Source: Balanoglossus misakiensis
Taxonomy: Eukaryota; Animalia; Hemichordata
Direction: 5' to 3'
Length of the DNA stretch: 64,000 bases
NCBI GenBank assembly: GCA_040954595.2
Contig: CM082589.2
Span: forward strand, 3,114,213 to 3,178,212
Part shown: in pieces, positions 40,653 through 54,200 of the stretch
Position numbering within the stretch: position 1 is the stretch's first letter
Layout: each line of letters begins with the position of its first letter
Translations under genes and position numbers: made by a program
Notes under the pieces: generated by a model
Seen by the model: the letters and a program-made list of their open reading frames with translations, nothing else
What the model was told of the DNA's origin: nothing
Databases searched by the model: none

Positions 40653-42063
40653 GTAATGAATCTAAAGCAAGTAATTTGCAGATGAGAGGGTTGATTTGGA
40701 TAAAATACATACTAGTATTAGCTGCTGTCATGTCTTTCCATAGACGAAAATGTCCTTGATTATTAAATCCGTCTTATGTGTTTGACCGACTTGCGTACTT
40801 GCGTATATAATACATGCTGGGGTATACCTGTACTTGTTATTCTAGACTCGCTTTGAAGTAAAAATCGAACGCATAACAAGATCGGATTTTTCATCAAGCT
40901 CACAAAGTGCTTGATTCTCACTTGTTGATATCAGTTACAACATAGAGTCTGGCCAGTGGGAATCAGACGTTTAACCCCCCTTCGGCTTTACGAAGAGTTG
41001 ATGGCACCGGGATTTTACTGAGATGCTTTTGTTGGTGTAATCCCTCCTTCGGGTCAATGGTCCTACCATCAGCCCACTTTTGTCTGTCCGTTGTGCAATT
41101 ACATAGTTTAGTCTTTGTATTTTTTTTATATTATGAGTAATTCTGGGTATCGCCACATTTAATCCAATTTTCTAATGTTTACGTTTCTTAGTATTAGAGG
41201 GGGGATTACACTATATGCAAGGTTGACCGTCTACAACGATAACCGCAGTCACGTTTTCATAAACACGATCAAGGTGATTTTTTTTATGATTTTCCTGTGA
41301 AGTAGTTACCCTCACTGCGCGCGCGTGACATGCGCGTTTGGGCGCTTCTGTGAATCTTTCACTTTCCGCGGAACTGCACAAGCGACGGGTGATGAAAAAT
41401 CCCAGTCCGTGTAACCATATACCTATACGTGCGATGACAAAGATGAAGACTCCGCTAATATGAGTAAACTGTAAGTTTATCTTTTAGCAGTACAGTAACT
41501 GTTTGTAGTTTAGTTCTTCGTCTGTTTTGCTTGGTTGCCTATCGCACCATTTATCCAAAAGGTGTTTTCCACTGGATTGTCATATAAAACTTACCCCGAG
41601 TCCAAGTCAGTGAAGGCCCAGTAATTTCTTTGTCTGCACCCTTTGCTGTCTTCGATGTCACACTGAGAAGAATAGGAACTACGTTTTTGTCTTTGCGGTA
41701 TTAAATAGTTACTCATAAGGTATGTACAAGATTATATACCTCTGATAAGATTGGGTCACTGGGAAGCGCAAATTGACGAGTCTTCGAATCGCCCACTCCC
41801 GCCGCGTAATAAATATTGATTCAAAATCTACGGAGATTTGAAAAACAAAATTATCGTAGTACGTAATGTTTTCGCCTATAAATTGATTCAGAATCTGAGC
41901 TTTCGTCATGCAGAAGCCTACTATAGTCTGCTCTATGTTATAGCATTTCTTCGATCCTTTTGAAAGTTAGTTGAAACTATATTGTTCTAACTTGTAGGAA
42001 TGACCGTGAAGTATTTCGACGCTGGCAGTGATCAGGACGATTTCATGTTAATATCTGTTAACG

Positions 42064-43092
42064 ATGTCGATTCCAACGGCAAATGACACGGAGCTGTGTC
42101 CGAACCAGTCCACACCGTTGAGCGAACAGACCTTCGCTTCTTCGCCAGTGTGGACGGTCATAATTGTCTTCACCGTCGCATTACTCACCGTTTCTGCCAA
42201 CATTCTTGTTCTGTTCGTGGCGCCGAAAGTTCAACACCTTCCGGAGTACTCCAAGTTCTTTATGATGTCGATAGCGTCGGCGGACCTCGGGATCGGCCTC
42301 GTCTGCTCCCTGGCGATCGTGCCCAGCGTGACCGGCTCGTGGCCGTACGGGCGAACACTCTGCGAGCTGCAGGCGGCTATGTCGGTGGCGTTCTCCGCAA
42401 TTTCGGTCCTGGGTATCCTGCTCCTCCATATAGAACGCTGCGTGGCCATCCAAAAACCTCTGCATTATCACTCGATCCTGTCCAAACGCAAGTGCTTCGG
42501 CGCCATCGCCGCTTCGTGGGTCCTATACACCACGTACGGAATCACTGTGGTGATTCTCGGGAGAGAACACTTGCGCTTCGACTACATGACGTACCAGTGC
42601 AGCCCGGCCGTGATGTTCAGCAAGCAATCCATGCTCCCGTTTTTGATCATCCTCTGCTTCATATGCCTGTTCCCTTCGTCTGTCGGTATCATGATTATCA
42701 ACTACAAAATCACACGGACCGTGAAACGCTTGCAGAGAAGGGTGTGCCCGCAAACAGTGGCATCGTTTGTGGTGACTCCGGCCGGAAAAGAACCTACCTC
42801 ACGATCGGAGCGTGCCGTCGACATTTCCGACGACACCAAGACTTACCGGACCTTCTTCATTGTAGCCGTAGGTTTCCACGTCTCCTGGCTGCCTCTGCCA
42901 ATTATGGACATCTACTGTTTCTCGACGGGGACAGAGCTAAACCCAACCGCACAGTTCTTGCTATTCTGGCTTGCCATGTCGAACAGTTTCTGGAATTTCT
43001 TCATATACAGCGGCAGGAGCAAGGGTTTTCGAAACACCGTTTGGAAGATGTTCAAGTCGTTTGCAATTAGCTACTTCTGCCGATTGGGCTAA
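42064..43092 (+). CDS. Class A (rhodopsin-like) GPCR, intronless CDS, orphan GPR21/GPR52-like
   Basis: Seven hydrophobic segments. SANILV (TM1), ASADLG (TM2), WPYG-C, ERCVAIQKPLHY, SWLP, and WLAMSNSFWNFFIY, which resembles the GPR21/52 TM7 WLAISNSFCNCVIY. Confidence 0.9.
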   Translation: MSIPTANDTELCPNQSTPLSEQTFASSPVWTVIIVFTVALLTVSANILVLFVAPKVQHLPEYSKFFMMSIASADLGIGLVCSLAIVPSVTGSWPYGRTLCELQAAMSVAFSAISVLGILLLHIERCVAIQKPLHYHSILSKRKCFGAIAASWVLYTTYGITVVILGREHLRFDYMTYQCSPAVMFSKQSMLPFLIILCFICLFPSSVGIMIINYKITRTVKRLQRRVCPQTVASFVVTPAGKEPTSRSERAVDISDDTKTYRTFFIVAVGFHVSWLPLPIMDIYCFSTGTELNPTAQFLLFWLAMSNSFWNFFIYSGRSKGFRNTVWKMFKSFAISYFCRLG

Positions 43093-44554
43093 CACCGTGA
43101 GCTGCAACATTTGGGAAATCGTCATGAAATTAATTTTCAAACTGTACTAACATTAGCCCATACACATGCATGCACTGAAGTGTGTACAAGTATTATCAAC
43201 CCTAAGTATGAGTGAATATACAAGTTTTAACCGGGCAAATAATTACTATAAGCTTTGCCGCAAATATCAACCTAAAACTACGGTTTAGCAGCAGCTATGA
43301 ATAGCTGTAATTCTTTCTATTATCTTCATAAAAAATAATTTAAAAGCGGATCCATGTTGGATATTCTGAGCAACAGCACCGTTCGTACTGTACGCGGCTT
43401 TATGCTGCTCGTGAAATACAAAAATTGATTGAGAAATATAAACACAAAACAACTCCGCTGATTCTTGATTTATTAAATATTATAACAAAAATAAACAGAC
43501 AACTAAACACTAACAAACAAGGAGTAAGAGGTTTCTATAATTGTATTTGCGCAGTTCGCTCGCATGGGCAATTTTCAAAATGGAATATTTGACCTGTAGA
43601 ACGCGCAGTAACGTGCTTGGTTCATCACGTTGTAATTTGTCACCGGGACATTTTCAGCCGACAAAAAATCCACTGTGAGGAAATATGGTATTTCCTTTCT
43701 CTATTCTCCTGATTGCATTCGCAGCGGGTTCCACGTAATATTCCTATGTTCGAAAACAGGCCTAATTATAGGTAGCGAGCAGAGGGGATTTCAAGGTTGC
43801 CAGGTGGAATAACTTGTATTCCTTCCGTGTCTAAGACGGCATCGTTTTACAGCGAGTGGTCGTGCGTCTACACACCCGCAATATAAAACGGAAAGACTGG
43901 TAATATTGATGGCAGAAGCTTATTTTCACCCACTTATTCCCACATGAGTGAACACAAGTCGACTTGTTTTGTAAAGAACGTCTACGTTTTATTGAAGAAC
44001 ATCTGCCATGAAGAGAATACAGAAAGTCCCGTCAACAAAAAACGAATCAAGCACTGAAAATTGTGTACACGAAAAATCAAGCGTGAATAATTCTTTTTAT
44101 CAAACAGATCAAAGTACACACATCGCAAAATATTAAATAGTAACATCAAATTGACAGGGCTAAAGTATTTCATCTCAGGAAGAAGAATGGCAGTTTGTCT
44201 TGGACAACTGCATCTGGCAGGTAGACTTGCCTAGATGTTGCTGTTAGTGCATAGTTGCTTTTCGGAATCACATCAGGTTAGAGAGACGTTGACCCAGGCA
44301 CAGAGGCATTTTTTTGTTATATAGCAAAAGAGCTGATACTGCCAATTAACACAGCTCACTCCAAAACTGCACACAAGTTCTAGTCATCAGCCAGAGGTGC
44401 TAAAGGAACTAGGCAGGAAATAGTGGGCACGACTTTATATAAGTGCCTCAGAGCTCGAGTACTAATCACGACTACAGGAAGCAAAAAACCCTTGACGGTG
44501 AAAGTGGGAGGAGATTACTGCCGTGGGCAGATGTTGAATTAGAGCAATGATCAG

Positions 44555-46610
44555 CTAGATAATGACGAATGTTGCATCCGTGGCAACACCACAGTTGTTA
44601 TCCTTGGTATTTATCAGAATATATCCATTGTTGCCCCAGTAGGTAGACCACGAGTTCTTGATCAGCCAATAATCGTCACCGTCCAGCTGTCCATAGCCAA
44701 CAGCCAAAACTGAATGATCGAGGTCATCAGTCGTATTACCTGCAATCGCAAAAGTTGTATTTTCAAAGAGTTAATGCAGAGATTAAGTACTGTAAAATAG
44801 GAAATTTTCGCGACAGGATTTTCAGGATGTAAATAGAGGGGACTATTCATTCATATTCTCTTTAACTCAGAATACAATTCTATTGTACACATTTTCGCAT
44901 TTTTGGGGCTCTCGCAAATTTTGCGAAAAATTTAGCCTCAAAAATATACTTGCTTATAGCTACTGAGATCTCAAGGACAAAGCAAAAAAATTCTCAACAG
45001 GTCACTTGTCACTCACGGACAGACAGGTATATTAATATGCAGCTTACCACACTTAGCGTCATAATAAACTCCATTAGCATAGAAGGAGAAGGATCTGGGA
45101 GACGCGTCGATGCTGACAGTGACTGGACCCTTGTTTGCTATGGCTGCCTTCAGCGCTGTCTGGTCACCGGTCGGTATGTTTGTGTAGTTTGAAATCTTTG
45201 TCGCTGCTTCGGAGGCGTTGAAGTGGCAGAAACCGTTCTGCAATACCAAGGATAAGATTTGCTTGGATTTGATTTTCATCAACAGGGCGTGGCACAGTGT
45301 AAAAGGTATCAGAGATTGAGCCAACACCTAATTGTTTGTGTAATACTAATAACAACAACAATAATAAATACTATTTTTATTTTTTGAAAAACCTGTTTGA
45401 ACCATTTGAATATAACAATGCTGAGTACATTATCAACAATTCATAGGGAACATTCTGTCACTGCGTATAAAGAAACAAAGTAGATTACTCACCTGTCCAA
45501 GGTAGGGGCCATACTGTTCTTCACTAGCAATGCCACCGTTGGCCATCACCCACTCAAACGACCTAAACTGCTCTCCACCGTAGCAGCCATTATTACCGTA
45601 ACCCCAGGAGCAATCCATCAAGTTCTGCTGGGACAGCCTCACAAGCTGTCCAGTCTACAAGAAACGAACAGAGAGAAATCAATAAACTTCTTCATGAACA
45701 TGAAATTTCTGTGTGACTAAGATAGCTAAAGGTCAGAGGTGAAAGGTCAGAACACTATTTCTCAACTGGGTCTTCCATACCTTCATGAAGAGAGCACCTT
45801 CGATGGCACCGGTGGAACCAAAACTCCAACACGAACCACAAACTGCTTGGTCCTTCACTTGGGTAACAGCGCCTGACACAAGAAGAAGAGCAGAATTGTC
45901 ATTCAAAGTTAACACCACATTTTGCTCTGAGTAACAACAAAAGATTCCCAACTTGGGCCACAGGTGGCGCTCTCAATTCACGCCGTTAAAAAGTGGGAGA
46001 GTACCTCGGATGTTCCAATCAATTCTATCCGGAATATCATCCATGGGAATATGATGGCTGGCAAAGGGGACGCCGTGTCTCGGACCTTTGGAGTACCGGA
46101 AGCCGCGCATCATTTTCAGTTCTTGCGGAGATCTGTCTGCAAGGTGGTTGATTTCCAACTTGTAACCCCGACCAGCTCGGTTACTGGAATGGATGTATCT
46201 GCAGGAGAGAAATCAGGATGAAATAATCTCAATACCAAACTTTCTGCAGCTAAGCATTCTTCACGACTCTATGCTAGTAAAATGCAAATATCAATGTTTA
46301 TTAAAAATATACATGTGATATGTCACAATAACTTGATCTTTTACCTGACGTTATTTGTGAAATGCATCCTCCGTTCTGCATGCTCTATTTCATTGTCGTA
46401 CTGGCGACCATGCTTGTCCTTGTACTCGTCAAACAGTTGGTGGATTCTGTTGTCTTTGTGTGGTTCAATCAATTCCAGTACTGGATTAGCAAAGATGTGG
46501 TGTTCCATTCCTGGCCCTGGGAAGTCCCCGCACTCCGACTTGTCTTTGAGAACAATCACAGATGTAAATGTACATTATTAATTCTGCCTGTTTATTACCT
46601 TTGGAGAGAG

Positions 46611-46664
<54 letters not shown>

Positions 46665-47959
46665 GGGGAGACCAGGGTAAAGAGCTCACCTGAAATCACA
46701 AAGACACTTGGTTCAATGGGACCTGTGTCGTAATACATATAATCCACGATGTACTTGTCGTAGTGCGATCCGATCAGACTATCAAAGCCCATCATCTCGT
46801 ACTGTATTGGCTTGGGATCTTTGCCCGGCAAGATGTACATGGTGTAGGTGTTGGTCTTCAGGTCTTGTTTATCAACATATTGCCACGTGTCCACAGTCAG
46901 ACCCCGGACGATACTCTTTCCAATTGACTGGAATAAAATGCAAGCAGTATTCAAAGTTTTTTAAATGTTGGCTATACCTTTTAATTATGTGCTCAATGAA
47001 TGAACTCAGCTGCATTGAGTTAATATCTTTCAGTGTACCACAGCTGTGTTGAAAGTGGTCCAATGGGCCACTATATTAACTTGCCTCGAATTTCGTCAAA
47101 TCTGGTAGGAGGGTTTGGGGTGCAACTGGGGCTTCCTGTGTTCCGTTGGTGTAAAAGCAAGCAGCGGCCGTTGTTTTTCCCTGTTTATCCGTCATGGGAG
47201 AGATGATGTACTGCCCGCCGAATGGCTTCTCAGCTCCCAGGTAGAAGGTCTTATCCAAACCTATGGACAAAACCAGAGCTCATTTGAACTTTATGTCAAC
47301 ATTATCATGGTCAAACCTGGCATTGGGTTCTGAACAGTGCTACATATACAGACGCAAGAAAACCTTCAATATTTAATCACTAGGATACTCAAGGCTTGTA
47401 ACCTTGTATACTTACCACCATAGAAATCAACTCTGCTGTTCCCAAGGGTCGCATTGTAGTAGACTTCGAATGGTTCTTCCAATTCTGCATAGGGAAGTAG
47501 CAGGAAACCCCTAGCATGGTAGGCACTGCTGAACACTGGAGGGGCACCCACTGGCCCACCTGTTGCACCTGAAATGAGACGTACCGACGTGGTTATGAAC
47601 AAGGTCGTCGCAAGGGACTGTGGTTGCAAGCCCCAGACTCGAGTTTTATTATCCACTGAGGACCGCCCATTTTACGCAACGTCGTGTACCGGTATGTGAA
47701 AACAAACTCGCTCATATTTCATCTTTCACGAAACATGTGACAGTCATGTGCATCCGTGTCATGTGATACTTTGCAAGGACAGTCAGGTCACAGCAGAAGC
47801 AGAAAACGTGCCTGGTATTTTCACCATACGCCAGTATATATCCACATTTACACGCGTTTTTGTCGAGGAAGTAGGGTTAGAAAAAATGCCCGACATATTC
47901 AAACCGTGCTTACCGACACATGCTATTAGCAGGACAACCCACCACACGCAGCTGTCCAT
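44555..47959 (-). CDS. Papain-family cathepsin L-like protease of the 26/29-kDa proteinase (cfaD-like) type
   Basis: Signal exon [16 protein letters not shown]-terminal extension [12 protein letters not shown] and [21 protein letters not shown]; I29 prodomain (EINHLADRS); [43 protein letters not shown]. Stop TAG at 44557-44555. Confidence 0.93.
44788..44962. mobile_element. Degraded short TA-flanked MITE-like element in cathepsin intron
   Basis: Starts tactgtaaaataggaaattttcgcg and ends with gcgaaaaattt...cttatagcta, a weak inverted match. Internal cgcaaattttgcg. Confidence 0.35.
46605..46660. repeat. (GA)n microsatellite
   Basis: About 25 GA units in a cathepsin intron. Confidence 0.95.
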
Positions 47960-48998
47960 GTTGATGTTCAGAAGACGAGTGACTGACTGGTGTCTGTGGG
48001 GTTAAAGAGCACGGCACATGCGCATATCAAAATAGAAAGTTTTTATAGTCCGCATGTGCGCATGAATATATCTATTACTCATTTCAAATGCAATCATCAC
48101 AAAATAGTTCCAATTAAATGTATAATCCAGTTCAGTATATCTGAGTATGGCCTTTTGACTAATCTCTGGTTGCTTTTGTCTGTACATGTACAGTGTATTT
48201 GCGACTTACGTTGTTTGCAATGTCTTTGGGGTTTTAATAAAATGTTATTTTTCTTGTGCACCTGCTTTTGTGTTTGCCTGTGCCATTTGTTTAAGTTTGT
48301 CTCTTTTGTTTTATGTATTGGTATTGTTTAGAGCTTTCGGATAGAAAAGTCATTGCTTCTGTTGAGTTATTTAGTCTTGGTAACGTCGACATTTTACCAA
48401 AACTTAAACCATAGCCTTCTGTTAACACCTTCAACTCCAGTGTGTGCTACTGTTTGTAGAAATGATACTCACATCACAACATTATTTGGTTTCCCTGGAT
48501 CCCTGTTGAAGTGCACGAACAAATAGGGCTAGTTGATTTTCGAAATCATATAGCCCTCTCCCAGAAATAAAATGGTCGACCCTAATAGGATTACTCCTTC
48601 GAATGGTCACATTATTGGCTGGATATCGTAAGAGAAGAGTTCGTTTCTCCCCCGTAGGCAGATAGTCGCGGGTCAGTTAAGTGGGGCTTTAATTTATCAT
48701 AATCAATGATAATATCACTGGCATCATTTTTTTTCCATTCTATGGTTAAACAATAGACGGTTGTGATCATTGAAAGTGCACCTGAACCCGAGGTGTATAC
48801 TTCGGGTATTGTTTGCGTCAAAGCAACTTGACAATATGGCATTGTTTCAATAATACAATCTGCTGAGGTGGGAGTGGAGATGTGACATCCCTGATTTGCA
48901 TGAGATAGAGTTTTGATTATTAACATCAACTATTCCGTGTTTTTTTCACAGTAAACACACACCTCTGACTGCTTTCATGTACGTGTACATGTAAAGTC

Positions 48999-50472
48999 AT
49001 GTCAATCAAAGTGGGCATAATGAAAGAAATTGCTTTTAAACCAGTCATAACCGAAGATATTGATAAAGCACGTGAAATAGAAGTGTCTTGTAAGTGGGAA
49101 TCTTTTCATTTACGTGTAGATATCACATGATTGGTGTTTACCGCAGACAAAGGACATATGTTTCCCTTTGCGGTTATGTGATGTTACATAATACAAATGT
49201 ACACGTAGGACCCTTTTGTCAGGAAACGGCCTTTGGCAACAGTAAGGGATAGACCATTTGATATTAAGGAGGTGGGCTGGGGGATTTTCGAAAACAATAA
49301 TTGTTGCCTACTGTGATAAAATACCTGCCCCTCTACAGGTACAAAGGAGAAGGGGTTTACATCCAGAGAAGCAAAACATCGCTGTGGTACATTTGATAAA
49401 CTTTGGCTGGCAACATTCCGGATTCAAAGATCTCTCTAATTTTGTCAAGTATTATTTAAAGATTTGACAGATGAAAATATAAATCTGTAGTCCTCCATTC
49501 AGTTTTTCCACCAGAAGAGGCTGTCCCGAAGCACGTATTTATACGCAGCAATGCTCACACGAAAGAGCTGTTCTCAGGGTGGTATTGCAATGGAGAATTG
49601 ATCGGGGTAAGATTATTTTAAGTTCTTTACACGCAAAGTCAATTATAATGAGCAAACGAGCACACCACTTGTTGCCAGAAGGACTTTATTCAGTTTTTAG
49701 AAGTTGGGATTCTTTTAAGATATCTATGGTATGACTGTTCCGTGTATGGAGCCATAGTACGTATACATGTATTCACGTCTGAAGGCTAAAGTAGTAATGA
49801 ATTATTTATTATATTTTCATAACAGTTCATCTGTGGCAGTCGCTATGATGTCAACAGTTATGACCCTGACTGTATGCAGAGATGTGTGGATAATGGCCAT
49901 GTTCTGTGCCTTCATTCAATCTGTTTTACTGCATCGGAGAGGAGAAAGGTATTCAATTCATTTTTAGATTTCGAGATCTTCAGGCACCTGTGCCATGGGC
50001 TGGTAGATGAGTACAACATGTTTCACTGATGTGACATTGTTCTATGTTCTTCTTGGTTGTTTGTGCTGAACCGTTTTGTGTTTGTCTTTTGAAATGTTCG
50101 GCATTTGAAATGCCCGCACTTTATATCATTGCAGGGACAAGGGTCAAACCTGATGTCTGCATACATACAGATGGTGAGAAATTCATTTCCTGACATCGAT
50201 CGGATTATCTTGGTGTCAAAGGAATATCTACTTCCATTTTACACCAACCTTGGCTACAAGATTAAAGGACCAGCCAATATTACATTCGGTAAGGGAAATA
50301 TATTAAAGCTCTATTAGCTGTAACTTTTCGCTTGGCTTTCGGTATTTTTGATTTGAGTATCTGTTACGACACATATATTTAATTGCACCCACACAATTAT
50401 GCACGTTTATTCCTCTAAATTTCAGGCAAGGATCCGTGGTTTGAATGTTGGTATGAGCTGAAAGAAAACTGA
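48999..50472 (+). CDS. GNAT acetyltransferase, non-vertebrate-type arylalkylamine/polyamine N-acetyltransferase (AANAT/Paa1-like), 5 exons
   Basis: The spliced product, missed by the ORF track, reads MSIKVG...EIEVSF-FPPEEA...GELIG-FICGS...VLCLHSIC...ERRK-GQGSNL...LLPFYTNLGY...FG-KDPWFEC...EN*. The GT-AG phases are consistent. Confidence 0.85.
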
Positions 50473-51209
50473 ATATTTTAACAAAAAGCACAATGTCAAG
50501 ATTCCGTCTTCTACACTTGGTTTTAATACAGATCTGAAAAAAAAGATTTTAGTAGTAGGTTTCACACTTTCACAAAGAGTTTTTTATCAGCCTGTTTGGT
50601 TGCCAGCTACACAACCAATCACTGCACACAGCCAACCAAGGTACCCAAACACAGAAGTATCCAGTTATAATCTGTTTTAATATTTACAAACATAAATACA
50701 TTGTAGTCCAGTTTAAAAGGTCTATACATATCTTTATGGTTATGTACACATTTTTTCAATTGAAAAATTTCCAGTGAAATATAGTGTAGTAAAACCAGTA
50801 CAGGTTTCCCTAAAGTATTCCATCAGTAAACAGTTGTCAAATAATCACATCTCGCTAACTTTCCCCCCAAGCCTGATGAATCATAAAAAGCAAGATCACA
50901 CATAACTGTGAGAAAAATATGATTATAATGACAATACAATGATACAAGGCCAAAAAAAGAGACATTTCCATGGGGTGGATTTTATACAAAATCACTGCAA
51001 TCCACCAAAATTCATCATCACAAGCGGTTGAATGTTGCTGTGTTATCACAACACAAATCTCAACTTGGAGTTATTTGTAACAAAGACGTGCGCTGGCTGT
51101 GCAACCAAGCCAAAGTGTTCATGTGTTCACGAGTTTTCTGCCATCACGCAATTCCCGATGATTGGTCGGACTTTCATATCACAATAAATCAGATGCATGG
51201 GCCCATCTG

Positions 51210-54200
51210 CTATGATATTGTGACTGTTCTCTTTAGCGCAGGTTTCAGTGTGGGCTCCTTGGTGGGCACTTGTGGGTTACTCCCTTCAAAGAGCGCTGAC
51301 CGGGCTGCCTGCGTCACCATGGCGGCGGCCGTGCCGTCGATCTGATCGTTGAGAAACTTGGCGATCGTCAAGATGGCCTGGTCCATGTCTGACTGCAGGT
51401 ACTGGATGCGCGACCCGTTCTTCTGCGAGATGGCTTCAAACTTGGCTAACTCGGCTTCGTTGAACAGCCCCCTGATTTTGTAATACACCAAAAGGGCTGC
51501 GTGCAGTCTGGTTTGCAGTCCATTCAACTGTTTACGAAAGACACAAAAATTAGTTAGACATACATCTACAGGGTGATTCTATACATGGCCAAACATTTGT
51601 ACTGAATGCATGGGAACTTTTCACATCATGAGAAATATTCAAAGAGAAAAAAAAATCATCATACCTGTTTGTGATCTTTGAGACTTGCTTCATATTTAAT
51701 CCTGTCGTCAAACTCTGTCAAGACTTTGTCCTTGGAACTTATTAATTTTTCTTGTAATAATCTGTATTCATGGGCAAGCTCTTTGTTTTCTACAAGTTGT
51801 TTTTCCAGTCTAGCCTGAAATGGAAACGTCACAGCTATAAATAGTTGCATTTCAGCAATTATTTTACTTCAAACTCATTGACTACAATGACCCTTGACTT
51901 ATTATATTTCTTACACAAAGTTATATGTGGAGTTCATTTCTCACCTCAAGGTCATTAAGCACGATGGCTCGTTCGTTCAAATGTTTGTCGTGTTCCAGTG
52001 ACATGTCTGTCGATCGTTTCTGCACCGCTTCCAGGGACTCCTTCAGCTCCTCTTGCATCTTCTGTCCCGTCTCCAACTGTATTGAGACCTCTTCCAACTC
52101 CTCCCTAAAAAGTCGAACAACATGCAGCAGTGGGCAATGGAATGTCTGTGGTTAGCCTCAGATTAGCGAGGACTATAATTTTGAATGCATTGCAATGAAC
52201 AATTTCAGAAACTGAAAAAAGAATTTGGAAGACCACTCACGACAAGTCCTTGATTTCTTCTTCCGTCTTTGTGATGACTTTGTTCATAATCACAGCCGAC
52301 GAGTGCATTTCTTCCATTTTCTTGGTAATGACTTCCGTTCTGTGTTCCATGTAATCCAGTCTCTTTGTCTTATTTAGGATTTCGGTCTGCAAAACAAAAT
52401 GGGCAGCCCATGTGACTACTTTCAGAAATACACAGGACACCATCGAGTAACTCGGATGTGGGCCCAGCCTAGTACAGCCAAAAGGACTTCTCTGTACCAA
52501 CTTTGTATGAAGCTTACATCACTAAGACAGGGAAAATTAGTTCGTATCTTACTTGTAACTCTTTATGTTTCGGTTCCAGCAATCCCTTCTGGCTGAGGAG
52601 ACGTTCCTCGGTGTCTCGGTGCCTCTTCTTCAAGTTGTTCACGTTCTCCTCCAGGTTGTGGATCCTCTTCTGCTTGTCGGCGTGCATCTTCCTCAGGTGC
52701 TCCACCTGCTTCAAGACGTGGCTGACCACCTTGTCCGTCTCGTCCGCCTTCTTGCTCACTTTCATCCTCTTCCGTTTGGAGTCCAGTTGCAGCTTCTGTA
52801 GCTCGGCCGTGTCCGAAGTGATCCGGGCCTGCAGCACCGTATGCGAGTGCTGTTCATCCTTCAGTTGTTTCTTCAGAGCGTCGGCCGTGGACTATCATGG
52901 AAAATACAAACACAAAAGATGGTTCACTAGTATCTTTGGCAGAATTAACCCTTTCCAACATGGTTTGGTCCAAATCCACTGTTTTCTATGGTCAAGTTGG
53001 ACCTCTATACATGTACATGTAAAGGGAAATAGGGTGAATGTCTACAGAACTGCACAAGATTTCTCACCTTCAACTGATCCTCACTGCCCTGTATATTCTC
53101 TTCTTCCTTCATGAGTTTTTCTCGTATGGCTCTGTTGATGGTGTCCACCCTCTTGTGTTCGTCGAGTGTTATTTTCAACTGTTGCTCCACTTTGCCCATC
53201 TCTCGCTTGATGCGCTCCATGTTCTTGACATCGGCTATTTTCTGCCTTCCACTGCAAGAAAATATTACAACATGATCAGTTGTTTTTGTAGATTTCAAAT
53301 CAATCAGCCATTTTTTGCACCGATCCAAACAGAAAAAGTGTGGAGAAAAAATTGTCAGAAAAGTATGGCTGGTTCAGCTAACTAGGGACTCTGAGTACGT
53401 CACTCACCAATCAGCAAGTTTTTCGTCAATATCTTCAATTTCCATTGTCATTTCTTTGTTGAACTGCTGTGTTTCTCTTAGTTCAGTCAGGACAGACTGT
53501 GCTTCCCGCTCCATTTCCTGGTTCTCTGTTCTCAGGAATGTCTCCTGTGGATTGAAGGAAAACATTTTTTTCTCAGTCCGTGTTGTATTTAGTTTGAATT
53601 ACTGAACCATAACAAACCATGACACATGAACAGGTGTGTATCAGAGTACATCAACAACAACAAACACAACAACTCACCCTTTCATGTTTTTCTGTTGCCA
53701 TCTTGTTGTTGATGTCGGAGAGTTTTCTGTGTTCAAACTCGGCCTCCACAATCTTCTCCTTGACTTGTTTCATCTTCTTACCTTGCATCTTTTCAGCCAC
53801 CTTGGCATTTTCATTCTTGGTTTCTGTGTGAAAAGGGCGAAAAAAAAAATGGATGAGGATGGAAGAATTGGTTTTAAATCAGAACAGAGAATGTGTATTC
53901 AGAAATCTTTCCATTGCTACTGCCATTGCGACAGGGCTGAAAGGCTTAAAATGGGCCTCATCTTACCGAGGACAACTTGTTCCTGTTCGCACTCTGTTAG
54001 TTTTCTTCTGTAGATATCACACTGATGTGTGTAGTTTGCATAAGTTTTCCTGGTCTCGTCTAACTCAGTACTGCACAAAGAAAAATTGTCAGATGAGACA
54101 TGAAGGGCCCAACAGTAGAGTTATCACACTCAAAGACATAATAAAATAAGCCAGTGCTATTGTAGTCTAAGGACAGCATACAGACCTTATTTCATGCAGT

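Noticed and set aside
42084-42086. TGA read-through or selenocysteine joining the uORF to the long alternative frame
   Set aside because: No SECIS-like element was recognised downstream, and the alternative-frame product looks like an Arg/Pro/His-rich off-frame translation.
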